A stretch of 64,000 bases of DNA, from the NCBI GenBank assembly GCA_039028615.1, contig JBCCHT010000003.1, forward strand, positions 352,001 to 416,000. The letters are read 5' to 3'. The position numbers and the translations under genes were made by a program. Each line of letters opens with the position of its first letter. Position 1 is the stretch's first letter. Under the pieces are notes generated by a model. That model was given only the letters and a program-made list of their open reading frames with translations, searched no databases and was not told the origin of the DNA. This DNA comes from Myxococcota bacterium. GTDB lineage: Bacteria > Myxococcota_A > Polyangia > Nannocystales > Nannocystaceae. This document shows, one piece after another, positions 29,529-38,696 of this stretch.

Positions 29529-31865
29529 CTATGGAACGAGGGCGACGATCTCTTGGAGGAGCGCGGCGCGGGCGGGGCCGTGATCGAGGGTCTCGAAGGG
29601 CAAGCCCAGCAGCACCACGGGAGCGGCGGCGTCGTGGCGGACCAGGGCCGCGCCCTCGGTGCCCCCGCGATAGGACGCGAGCGCCTGCGCGTTCGGCAGG
29701 GGGGCGAAGACGTCGGGGAAGCCCACGACCATGGTGCCGGGGCTGAAGAAGCGCCAGGGCTCGAGCACCTCCCAGTCGCCTTCGGGCTGGACCAAGAAGG
29801 TCTGGGCGTCGTCGGCGACGTACTGCACGCCGAAGACCTCGGCGAGGAACACCTCGTCGGCGGGCTCGCCCTGGTCGACGAGGTCCCAGCCGATCTCCGC
29901 GCCCGAGGCGAAGAGCGCTCCTCCGGCCTGCACGTGGTCGCGGACGAGCAGCTGCTCGTCGGGGGTGAAGGTGTCGTGGACGGTGCTCTCCTCGCCGAGG
30001 CTCCACACCACGAGGTCGTAGTCGGCGAGCAGGACGAGGCCGTCGACGGCCGCCTCGTTGGTGGCGCTCTCGAAGGCGACGTCGAGCCCGTCGAGGGCGC
30101 GGGCGTGCACGGCCAGGCCGTCGTGTCCGCGCCCCAGCGGGTTTTCGACCTGAGGCTCGGCCTGCCAGCGATCGTTGCCGTCGATCAGCAGCACCTGGAA
30201 CGGGGCGTCCTGCATCGAGGTGGCGTAGGTATCGGAGGGGTCACTCTCGATGCCCGGGCCCACGGCGGTGACGCGGACGTGGAGCTGTGGTGCGTCGAAG
30301 GGCAGGGCGCCCGCGCGGTGTTCGGTGGTGGTGACGAAGCGAGCGTCGGCTCGGGACCAGACCTGGCCATCGGGGCTCAGCCACACGAGATAGCCTTCGG
30401 CCCCTTCGACCGCGCTCCACTCGATGCGAGCGATGTCGGTGCCGGGCTCGTGCATCACGTGACGGAGCACGGGCGCGGGCAAGGGGGAGAGGCCGCCGCG
30501 GAGGTCTCGGGCGAGCTCGGTGATGATGCCGTCGTGCACCGCCCGGGTCGCCGAGGCGACCCCCGTGTCGTTCATCAGGATGGAGAACAGGTACTCGCGG
30601 CCGTCCCAGCGGTTGTAGACGATGCCGCTGGTGGCGATGACTCCGGTCAGCGTGCCCGTCTTGCCGTGGACGCGGCCTTGGGTGTCGGGGTCGAGCATGC
30701 GGCCAGACAACGTGCCGCGCACGCCCGCGATGGAGAAGCTGCGGCGCCAGGCGAGGCCCTCGGGGAGGTCGGCCATGGCGAGCAACAGGTCGATGACCTG
30801 CCGCGGGCTGACGTCGTTGCCGTGGGAGAGGCCGGAGCCGTCCTCGAATACCCCGGGGTCGATGCCGAGCGAGCCGAGCCAGGCGTTGAGCTCGCTGGCT
30901 CCCGCGGGGTAGCTGCTGTCGCCGCCGAGGGTCCAGCCCATGTGCCGCAGCAGGATGTCGGCGAACTCGTTGTGGCTCGCGACGTTGGTGGGGACGGCGA
31001 CGACGGACATCGGCGCGGTGTCCCAGTGGGCGAGCAGGGTCGTGCCGGGGCTGGGGTCGAAGTTGGAGGACGAGCCGAGGCTGCCGCTGAAGAAGATGCC
31101 CTCGTCGAGCAGCGCGTCGCGGAAGGCAGTGCTGGCCTGGCCGCGCTCAGTCGTGGCGCTGTAGACCCCGAGCGAGTTGCCGCCCACCACGAATTCGCCG
31201 CGGGCCTCGATGTCCCCGGTGACCTCGCGCAGGCCGGCGTCGTAGAGCCGGCGGGCGAGCTCGTCGAAGGGCAGGGAAGCGTTGCCGGGGAAGAACTCGC
31301 TCGACGAGCTGAGGTCGTGGTGGCCGATGACGTCGAGGTCCCCGTTCAGCACGCCTTCGGGATCGATGGCCGGGCCGAAGACCTCGGTGCGCATGCGGTG
31401 GTCGAGCCCGAGCGTGCCGAGGGCGGCGGCGGTGGAGAACAGCTTGGTGTTCGACGCGGGCGCCAGCGGCGTGTCCGGGTTGCGCTCGTAGAGCACCTGA
31501 TCGGCGGCGGGGTCGATGAGCAGCAGGCCGTGGGTGGCCGAGGCCACCGCGGGGTCTTCGAGCCAGCCGTCGATGGCGAGCTGTAGCGCGTCGAGGCGAT
31601 CGTCGGGGAGCGGGTCGACGGGCGGGGGCGGATCGAAGGGATCGCCGTTGTCGGGAGGCAGCCCGCCGCTCGAGTCGGAGCTCGTGTCGTCGAGGCCCGC
31701 CGTGGTGTCGGTGGTTCCGAGCACCGGATCGGTCGCGGCCAAGCCCGAGTCCGAGCTGCTGCCCGTGCCCGTCGAGTCACTGGCACTCCCGGGGTCCGGC
31801 TGGCATCCGCTCAACGCGGCCAGCACCACGCCCACGATCCACTTGCGTTCGTCCAAATCCCCCAT
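29529..31865 (-). CDS. dacB: D-Ala-D-Ala carboxypeptidase/endopeptidase (PBP4, peptidase S13) lipoprotein with FN3-like and extra C-terminal domain
   Basis: SxxK (ASNTK), SHN, DGSGLS and KTGT motifs; lipobox LSGC. Confidence 0.85.
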   Translation of the reverse strand: MGDLDERKWIVGVVLAALSGCQPDPGSASDSTGTGSSSDSGLAATDPVLGTTDTTAGLDDTSSDSSGGLPPDNGDPFDPPPPVDPLPDDRLDALQLAIDGWLEDPAVASATHGLLLIDPAADQVLYERNPDTPLAPASNTKLFSTAAALGTLGLDHRMRTEVFGPAIDPEGVLNGDLDVIGHHDLSSSSEFFPGNASLPFDELARRLYDAGLREVTGDIEARGEFVVGGNSLGVYSATTERGQASTAFRDALLDEGIFFSGSLGSSSNFDPSPGTTLLAHWDTAPMSVVAVPTNVASHNEFADILLRHMGWTLGGDSSYPAGASELNAWLGSLGIDPGVFEDGSGLSHGNDVSPRQVIDLLLAMADLPEGLAWRRSFSIAGVRGTLSGRMLDPDTQGRVHGKTGTLTGVIATSGIVYNRWDGREYLFSILMNDTGVASATRAVHDGIITELARDLRGGLSPLPAPVLRHVMHEPGTDIARIEWSAVEGAEGYLVWLSPDGQVWSRADARFVTTTEHRAGALPFDAPQLHVRVTAVGPGIESDPSDTYATSMQDAPFQVLLIDGNDRWQAEPQVENPLGRGHDGLAVHARALDGLDVAFESATNEAAVDGLVLLADYDLVVWSLGEESTVHDTFTPDEQLLVRDHVQAGGALFASGAEIGWDLVDQGEPADEVFLAEVFGVQYVADDAQTFLVQPEGDWEVLEPWRFFSPGTMVVGFPDVFAPLPNAQALASYRGGTEGAALVRHDAAAPVVLLGLPFETLDHGPARAALLQEIVALVP

Positions 31866-31986
31866 CGGCCCTTCGATGGTGCCGGGTCGGGGGGTCGATG
31901 TTCAACGGGGGGCGCGAGGAGCAGGTATGTGATGTGCAGCCCGGACCTCCGACGGCAAGGGAGGCCGGGCTGCGCACGCATGCAGG

Positions 31987-32247
31987 CTAGATGCGACCCA
32001 CGGTGAGCGCGCGGATTTGGCAGGCGGTGCTCAGGCGGGGGTCGTCACAGGTGGGCAGGGGCGTGGGGTCGATCTCGAAATCGAAGCCCACGCGCTGGCG
32101 GTGGAGGGTGGCCAGGGTCGGCTCGAGATCGCCGGGGGCGGTGCGAAACGAGACGATTGCGGTGGCACCGCTCTTGGCGGCGTCGAGGTGGTAGAGCACG
32201 AACCGAGGAGTCGGCTCGATGTGAGTGATGTGGAAGACGTCGGTCAT
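31987..32247 (-). CDS. Small hypothetical protein
   Basis: 86-aa ORF co-oriented with its neighbours. Confidence 0.5.
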   Translation of the reverse strand: MTDVFHITHIEPTPRFVLYHLDAAKSGATAIVSFRTAPGDLEPTLATLHRQRVGFDFEIDPTPLPTCDDPRLSTACQIRALTVGRI

Positions 32248-32319
32248 GGTCCGGGGCGGGTGGCAGGCGCTTCCGTGGGGGTGTCTCCCAGTGTGGTGGG
32301 TATCGGGTGCCGCGTGGTC

Positions 32320-33123
32320 TTAAGGTTGGCTTAATTCGAGCGGGCCGAGTGAAAGGGTCTCGAAGGCGGGCAGCTGCAGCCCAAAGGCTCGGTGTGCGGC
32401 CAGGCGGGTCGCGGCCGGGTCTCCCGTGGTCACGAAGCGCTGCGTGGCGGGGCCCTCGGGGGTCGGGCTGGCCGCCCAGTGCCGCTCCATCCAGTCGAGG
32501 GTCTCGGTGGCGGGGTCGATGACGGTGCGCAGGCGGGGCAGCAGCGCCTCGATGGCGGGCTGGGCTGCGCAGTAGTGCGTACATGCGAGCACCAGGTGCT
32601 CCGTGTCGTGCACCGGTCCCAAGATCTCGCGCAGGCATGCCTCGAGCTCGGGTCCCTCGGTGAGGCCGCGCTCGATCAACGCCGACAGGGGCTGGGCGAC
32701 ACGCGAGGTGACGCGGCATCCACCGGCCTGCAGGGGCTGCGCGTAGGCTCCCGATTCGATCGTGCGCCGACCGCCGATGACCAGCACCTCGTCGAGCCCT
32801 CGACGCTGGATCGCTTCGACCGTAGGCCTGATCACGCCGATCACTTCGCACGCGCGCGCTCGGGCGGCGGCGTGGAGCTCGGGATCGTCGAGGATGCTGC
32901 TGGCCGCGTTGCAGGCCACCACCACCTGGGAGCAGCCCGCATCGGCCAGGCGCCCCACCACCGACTGCACCCGGCGAGCGAGGTCGGTGGCGGACAGCGT
33001 GCCGTAGGGAGCGGAGCCGGAGTCGGCCCAGTACATCACGGGGCGAGTCGAGCCGCGGGCGCGGAGCTTGGCGAAGGTATCGAGGCCGCCGATGCCCCAG
33101 TCCACGATTCCCAGCATGCTCAT
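32320..33123 (-). CDS. murI: Glutamate racemase (Asp/Glu racemase family)
   Basis: Motifs DWGIGG, PYG, VACNAAS and LACTHY (two-Cys active site). ATGA overlap with the upstream gene. Confidence 0.82.
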   Translation of the reverse strand: MSMLGIVDWGIGGLDTFAKLRARGSTRPVMYWADSGSAPYGTLSATDLARRVQSVVGRLADAGCSQVVVACNAASSILDDPELHAAARARACEVIGVIRPTVEAIQRRGLDEVLVIGGRRTIESGAYAQPLQAGGCRVTSRVAQPLSALIERGLTEGPELEACLREILGPVHDTEHLVLACTHYCAAQPAIEALLPRLRTVIDPATETLDWMERHWAASPTPEGPATQRFVTTGDPAATRLAAHRAFGLQLPAFETLSLGPLELSQP

Positions 33124-34427
33124 GGGTACCGCATCTGGGTGATCTCGGCGCGGGCAAAGGGCCCGCTGTCGAACGCGATCACCCGGGCGCGACGCCCATA
33201 GTTGATGGTGTCCAGCTGCCCGTGGGGGAAGCGGCTGCCGAGGTACCACTGGTACTCGTGCAGGGCTCGCATGGGGTTGTAGCGCAGCATGTCCTGCCAG
33301 GCTGCGGTGCGGACCATGGCCGCGAGGTTGCGGCGGTAGCCCGGCACCCGGCGTCCGTGGAGCTCACTGCGGAGCTTGTCGAAGGCCATGCGGGGGAGGT
33401 GCCGGGGTTCGATGGGCTTGTCGACCATGTCCACCACCAGCAGGCGCCCGCCCGGTCGCATCACGCGGGCCAGCTCCGACATCAGCGGGTCCCAGTCGAG
33501 ATAGCGAAACGAGAGCATCGAGATCGCGACGTCGATGCTGGCGTCGTCGACCGGGAGCTGGGGTCCGTCGATTGCCTGGAAGCGAAGGTTGGGTACGGAG
33601 GCCCAGCGCTCACGCGCGCGGTCGACCATGGCGGGGGAGGCATCGAGGCCGTGCCCGTGGGCGATGCGCGGGGCGAGGCGGGCGAGCAGCGAACCATTGC
33701 CGCAGCCGAGCTCGAGCACCCGGGGAGCAGCGGCCGCGCCCCGCAGGCGAGCTTCGAGCCAGGCCACCTCGTCGTGACGCACCGCGATGTCGGCAAAGAC
33801 CTCGTCGTAGTCCCCGGCGACTGCGTCGTAGCTGGCGGCCGTGCCCACGTCGTCGGGGTCGAAGCTGCGCAGGGGCTCGGCCGGCATGGCGCCGAGGTAC
33901 TTGCGCAGCGATGCGACGCGCCCGTGGGACTTGTTGCCCGGGCACCCGAACACGTACAGCGGCTCGCTCGGGTGGCGCCACGGGGCGGGCCAGCGGAAGC
34001 GATCGCGGCGGGTCGAGAACGCGGTGTACCAGTGATAGCCGTGGCTGCGGACCCCGAGCGTGCGGGCGAAGAAGGGCGCGAACCAACGGGCGGAGCGGCA
34101 CGCGTGGAAGTAGGCCTCGGCCTGGGGCGCGAACGGGATCGACAGCGTGCGCCACTCGTGCGGTGAGAACTGCTCGGGCCAGCGAGTGGTGCCGAACATG
34201 GGGCCGTACATGCCCGCGTGCAGCACGAAGTGCAGCTGGTCGATCGACGCGCCCGCCTCCGCGATGCTGGCGAAGATGCGGCGTACCTCGGCCTTGCTCT
34301 CGACTCGCTCACACCGCACGGGCGTGGGGGCGTGGGCGGCCCGCAGCTGTCGCGCGAGCGTCTGCGCCGCGCGTTGGAAGCTGGGTCCGCCTTCGCGGTA
34401 GCGGGTGGTGTAGACGATGAGGATCAC
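33120..34427 (-). CDS. Fusion of an uncharacterised N-terminal domain (His/Cys, possibly caspase-like) with a class I SAM methyltransferase
   Basis: C-terminal YDAVA, VLELGCGNG, GLDASPAM and RVMRPGG; N-terminal LHFVLHAG...YFHACRS. Confidence 0.75.
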   Translation of the reverse strand: MILIVYTTRYREGGPSFQRAAQTLARQLRAAHAPTPVRCERVESKAEVRRIFASIAEAGASIDQLHFVLHAGMYGPMFGTTRWPEQFSPHEWRTLSIPFAPQAEAYFHACRSARWFAPFFARTLGVRSHGYHWYTAFSTRRDRFRWPAPWRHPSEPLYVFGCPGNKSHGRVASLRKYLGAMPAEPLRSFDPDDVGTAASYDAVAGDYDEVFADIAVRHDEVAWLEARLRGAAAAPRVLELGCGNGSLLARLAPRIAHGHGLDASPAMVDRARERWASVPNLRFQAIDGPQLPVDDASIDVAISMLSFRYLDWDPLMSELARVMRPGGRLLVVDMVDKPIEPRHLPRMAFDKLRSELHGRRVPGYRRNLAAMVRTAAWQDMLRYNPMRALHEYQWYLGSRFPHGQLDTINYGRRARVIAFDSGPFARAEITQMRYP

Positions 34428-34549
34428 GCTGGCGGCCTGTGGATACGCCTGAGCGCGGGAGTTCGTTCCGCATCGTCGAGTATCCCACCCTCGGGACGAA
34501 TCGAGGGTATTGCGGAAACCCCGCAGGCTCCGGCGGTGACCAACCAGGA

Positions 34550-35581
34550 GTGCGGACGGAGCAGCAGCGGAGACGCTGGGGTCGGCTCGCTCTGTGGTTG
34601 TTTCCGTGGGTGCTGACCGCGGTGTTCGCCGCGGGCATGCATCTGTCGCGGGACGAGCCGGAGCCGGAGGACCCGTGGAAAATCGTGCCCATGATCCCGC
34701 AGCACGAGCTGGTGGTGCGGAAGTTCGACGAGGCCATGGGCTCGCTCGAGCACCTGTCACCCAAGGAGCAGCGGGCGTTCGAGTACACCAATCACTTCGC
34801 GCCCGTACCCATCGCGCGGCCGGACGATTGGCTGAGCTTCCACCCCGAGCCGGGGCAGTCGGTCTACGCCTACGTGCAGTCGCGGCCCAACCGCCCCGAT
34901 CCGCCGAACGACCAGATCTACATCCTCCCGCTGGGGCCGCTGCCGGCCGAGCGCGGGCCCACCGTCGAAGAGCTCGCGCAGTACGGGCAGGCGTTCTTCA
35001 ATCGCGAGGTCGTGGTGCTCGATACCCGCAGCGTCGAGTCACTCGACGTGCCCACGCGGGAGCAAGGCGGCGTGCGCCAGCTCGATGCGGGCGCGGTGCT
35101 CGACGTGCTCCGCACCGAGCTGCCTCGCGATGCCTACTGCCTCATCGCGGTGACCTTCGAGGATCTCTATCCCAACGAGAAGTACAACTACGTGTTCGGC
35201 CTCGCCCGGCTCCACCAGCGGGTCGGGGTGTTCAGCTTTGCGCGCTACCACCCCGCGTTCTTCGGCGAGCGCTTCGGCATCGATCGGCGCCTGGTGGTGC
35301 GGCGGGCCCTCAAGGTCATGAGCCACGAAATCGGCCACATGTTCGGCCTCGAGCACTGCATCTACCTGCACTGCAACATGAACGGGGTCAATCACCTGGC
35401 CGAGCTCGACCGGGCGCCCATGCACCTGTGCCCGGTGTGCCTGCGCAAGCTCCATCTCATGCTCGGGTTCTCGCCGCCGCGCCGCTACGGGGCACTCTCG
35501 GAGATCTACGAGCGCCTCGGCCTCGACAGCGAGGCCGACTGGGCGGTGCAGCGCCAGGTATTCCTCGAGCGAGGCGGCTGA
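34550..35581 (+). CDS. Archaemetzincin-like zinc metallopeptidase (M54) with N-terminal TM
   Basis: Motifs HEIGHMFGLEHC...C.MNG.NHL.E.D...HLCPVC and DLYP...NYVFG. Confidence 0.88.
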   Translation: MRTEQQRRRWGRLALWLFPWVLTAVFAAGMHLSRDEPEPEDPWKIVPMIPQHELVVRKFDEAMGSLEHLSPKEQRAFEYTNHFAPVPIARPDDWLSFHPEPGQSVYAYVQSRPNRPDPPNDQIYILPLGPLPAERGPTVEELAQYGQAFFNREVVVLDTRSVESLDVPTREQGGVRQLDAGAVLDVLRTELPRDAYCLIAVTFEDLYPNEKYNYVFGLARLHQRVGVFSFARYHPAFFGERFGIDRRLVVRRALKVMSHEIGHMFGLEHCIYLHCNMNGVNHLAELDRAPMHLCPVCLRKLHLMLGFSPPRRYGALSEIYERLGLDSEADWAVQRQVFLERGG

Positions 35582-36183
35582 AGGTCGCCGCCCCGTCGGT
35601 TCGGCGGTTACTCGTTTTGGAGGGGATACAGCGAGGGGTGCTCGTCCCCGCGGGCGAGCGTGCGATCGGGGAACGTCGGCCCCCACCAGGTCGGGCTGGC
35701 CTCCGTGTGGGTCCCGAGACCATCGCGTCGCGGATTCGCTCCCCGTGACATCACTCGCTGAGCGTCGGGCCTCATACCCGGTCGCGGTGGGCGCGACCCG
35801 AACGCCGGCAGACTGGACGCCGGGCATGGGGCGAGCGAGGCGGCGAGCGTGATTGTGGACTTCGTCGATCCACATGGCGTTCGTCAATGGAGCGCGACTC
35901 CAATGGTGCCGTCGCGGTGTCACTTCTTCGTCTCGTGATCGATTCGCGATCGATCGAATCGAAGGGCCGAATCGGCGCGACGCAATCGACCTCGATGATC
36001 AGTCGAGCGAGATGCCAACGAAACGAACACGACCCTGTGCATGCGTTCCAGCGGCCGGTACGTGGCCGTTCGTGGAGGATTCGTTCCTTCGGATGGTGTG
36101 CGCTCGACATCGATCGTCGTGCGCGTTTCTTTGTCGGGCGGCATCCGATTCCCGGACGGGCGTGCAGCTTCTAGCGTGGGGTC

Positions 36184-36867
36184 ATGGGGTCGCATTCGCG
36201 GCCGGGGTCCGCGGGACCTCGGCCTCGTGTCGTCGTGGTCGGCGGTCACCGCTCGTTGGTGGTCGACGAAGGCTGGTGGCCGTTGCTCGATGCCCTACGA
36301 AAACAGCAGGGCTTCGATCGGGTTTGGCATGGTGCGCGAGGCGGGGCCGATCACGGGGTCGCGGCGTGGGCCGAGGCACGAGGTATGGAGGTGGTCGCGT
36401 TCCCGGCTCCCGTCGAGCTGTATCGGGCCTCGGGGCTGTCCGAGTCCGAGGCCGAGCTGCGACGCAACGACGACATGCTGCGAGCGTGGGGGGGCTACCG
36501 AGAGCGCGGCGGCTCGATCGTCCCGTGTGCTCGAGCCGGTGGTTTTGCTCAGATGGTGCTGGCGCTCGCCCCTGACGACGACACTCGTGATCTGGTGGAC
36601 CGCGCCCGACAGTGGCGATCGTTGCGGGTGATCGAGCTATGGCCGCCGCGAAGGCAGTGGCGGGTCCGAGGTCCGCGGGTGGACGCGGAGCTCACGACGC
36701 TGGGTGACGTGGTGGTGGAGGCCGACCTGCCCTTGCGCTGGGCGGTGGGCCAGACGCGGGCGCAGCTCCGCCAGAACTTCGCCCGTCGGGGCTGGCGGGC
36801 GCACGGCATCGGTGTGCCGTGCCACCAAAGCGAAGGGCCGCGCCCTCGAGAGGACGCGGCCCAGTAG
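36184..36867 (+). CDS. SLOG-superfamily (DUF2493/YspA-like) protein with short C-terminal extension
   Basis: Pattern VVVGG, HGARGGAD..VAAWAEARG..V.AFPA and RRNDDML. Confidence 0.6.
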   Translation: MGSHSRPGSAGPRPRVVVVGGHRSLVVDEGWWPLLDALRKQQGFDRVWHGARGGADHGVAAWAEARGMEVVAFPAPVELYRASGLSESEAELRRNDDMLRAWGGYRERGGSIVPCARAGGFAQMVLALAPDDDTRDLVDRARQWRSLRVIELWPPRRQWRVRGPRVDAELTTLGDVVVEADLPLRWAVGQTRAQLRQNFARRGWRAHGIGVPCHQSEGPRPREDAAQ

Positions 36868-36901
36868 TCCGGCCCCACGCGGGGGCCGAGGCGCCGACTC
36901 C

Positions 36902-38476
36902 TTACGGAGCGGGCGGGAAGTCGACGACGGCGACGTCGTCGACCAGCAGCACGAACTGGTCGCTGCTGTTGTTACGCCAGGCGAGGTAGACCGTCTGGTC
37001 GGCGTAGCCCTCGTCGGAGAGGTTGACGGTGCGGAAGGTGTAGTCCGCGCCCGCGTTCTCGGCGGGGATGGTGAACAGCGCGTCGTTGGCCTCGAAGTCC
37101 GCGATGTCCGGGCCGGCGGTCGAGATGCGAACCTCGTAGCCGTCGGGGAAGGCCGGGTCCTGAGCCCGTGCACGCCACTGCAGCTGCGCGTTGGGGCCGA
37201 TCATGATCGGCGGCGAGATCAGCCAGTCGTCAGCGGCGCCCGCGGGGTCGTACCACGAGTTGCTGTAGGCCGCGTAGTTGGTGCCCGCGCCGGCGTAGAA
37301 GGCGTCGGTCACGACCCACGCGTCGTTGATGAAGTTGACGGCCTCCGCGGCGGGCTGTCCGTCGACGTCGATCAGGGTCCAGCCCGCGCCGAAGCTGGCG
37401 GTCTGGAAGTTGTCGAAGAACTGGGTGTCGCCGGCCGGCCAGGCACACCAGGAGTCGTCGATGCACTCCATGCCGTCGGGGCAGGCCGAGCCCTTGGCCG
37501 AGCAGTCGAGGTAGCACGCGTTGTCGCCACCCATGCCGGTCGGATCGGCGCAGGCCACCACGGCGTCGCCGGTCGCGGGCGCTGCGAAGCTGCAGTCGTC
37601 CACGGTCGTGCACAGGGTCTCGGCGCAGACCGACCAGGTCGCGGGGACCATCATGCCGTCGCCGTCTTGGAGGCAGCCCTGGTCGCCGGGGCAGTTGAAG
37701 CCGGTCAGGCTGCAGTTGAGGAAGCCACCCGGGTCGGGCTGCGGCACGGGCGATGCACAGAGGAAGCCAGCGACGCAGTTCATGCCCGCGGGACAGGTCT
37801 CGTCCATCTCGCAGCTGAGGTAGCAGTCGTTCATCATGTCATCGGTGATGTCCGCGCAGGTGACGGTGGCATCGCCGGTGTCGGGCGGCTCCGGGCAGTC
37901 GCAGGCCTCGGTGCATTCCTGGGCCGCGCACACGGTGATCGTGGGCGGGTCGGCATCCTGAACGCAGATCGAGCCCTCGGCGCAGAGCGTGACGTCGGCC
38001 GCGCCCGAGGCATCGGCACAGGAGTCGTAGTTGCCTTCGCCCCAGCCGGCGGGACAGGGGCCCTCGTCGGGGATGCACTCGGCGGTGCAGTCACAGGGGT
38101 CGGAGCCCTCGGGACAGGCACACGTCTCGCCCTCGGCACACTCGGCCTCGCAGTTGGGCTCGGGCGCGTCGAAGCACAGACCCTCGACGCAACACTCGTT
38201 GTCGCCGCACGCGGGGTCGCACATGGGCGGCTCTTCGGTGTCGCCCTCGGTCGCGGTGGTGGTGGCCGGGGGGTCGTCGGTATCGACCGGATTCTCGGTG
38301 GTCGTGTCGTCGCCCGGGGGAGTCGGGGTGGTGTCGACGCCGGTCGTGGTGTCGACGGGGTTTCCGGTGGTGTCGTCGTTGGCACCGGTGGTGTCGCCGG
38401 TGTCGTCACCCGGGCAACCGGTCAACGCCAACGCTCCGATCACGAGCGGGGCCGCTGCGTATTTGAAATTAATCAT
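36902..38476 (-). CDS. Cys-rich lipoprotein with C-terminal cleaved-adhesin (choice-of-anchor J) domain
   Basis: Lipobox LTGC and Thr/Asp linker; motifs WTLIDVDG, ADDWLISP, YEVRIST and LLVDDV. Confidence 0.82.
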   Translation of the reverse strand: MINFKYAAAPLVIGALALTGCPGDDTGDTTGANDDTTGNPVDTTTGVDTTPTPPGDDTTTENPVDTDDPPATTTATEGDTEEPPMCDPACGDNECCVEGLCFDAPEPNCEAECAEGETCACPEGSDPCDCTAECIPDEGPCPAGWGEGNYDSCADASGAADVTLCAEGSICVQDADPPTITVCAAQECTEACDCPEPPDTGDATVTCADITDDMMNDCYLSCEMDETCPAGMNCVAGFLCASPVPQPDPGGFLNCSLTGFNCPGDQGCLQDGDGMMVPATWSVCAETLCTTVDDCSFAAPATGDAVVACADPTGMGGDNACYLDCSAKGSACPDGMECIDDSWCAWPAGDTQFFDNFQTASFGAGWTLIDVDGQPAAEAVNFINDAWVVTDAFYAGAGTNYAAYSNSWYDPAGAADDWLISPPIMIGPNAQLQWRARAQDPAFPDGYEVRISTAGPDIADFEANDALFTIPAENAGADYTFRTVNLSDEGYADQTVYLAWRNNSSDQFVLLVDDVAVVDFPPAP

Positions 38477-38696
38477 CTGAAAGTCGTCCCTTCGTCTCTC
38501 TTTGAGCTCCGCTGCCACACAGGCTTTGGAACCTGGCCAGAGTAAGCCAGGCAGCCTGCGCTTCCAAGGACGCGACCGGCCCGGTGCGACGGTGTGAGAG
38601 GGCCCACCTTCGCCCACAAAAGGCCGCGCGAGGTTTGGTCCTAGGGCATGAGGGACCTTGGCCCCAGCGCGGCGTCGTGCGATGTCAGACCCTCGC

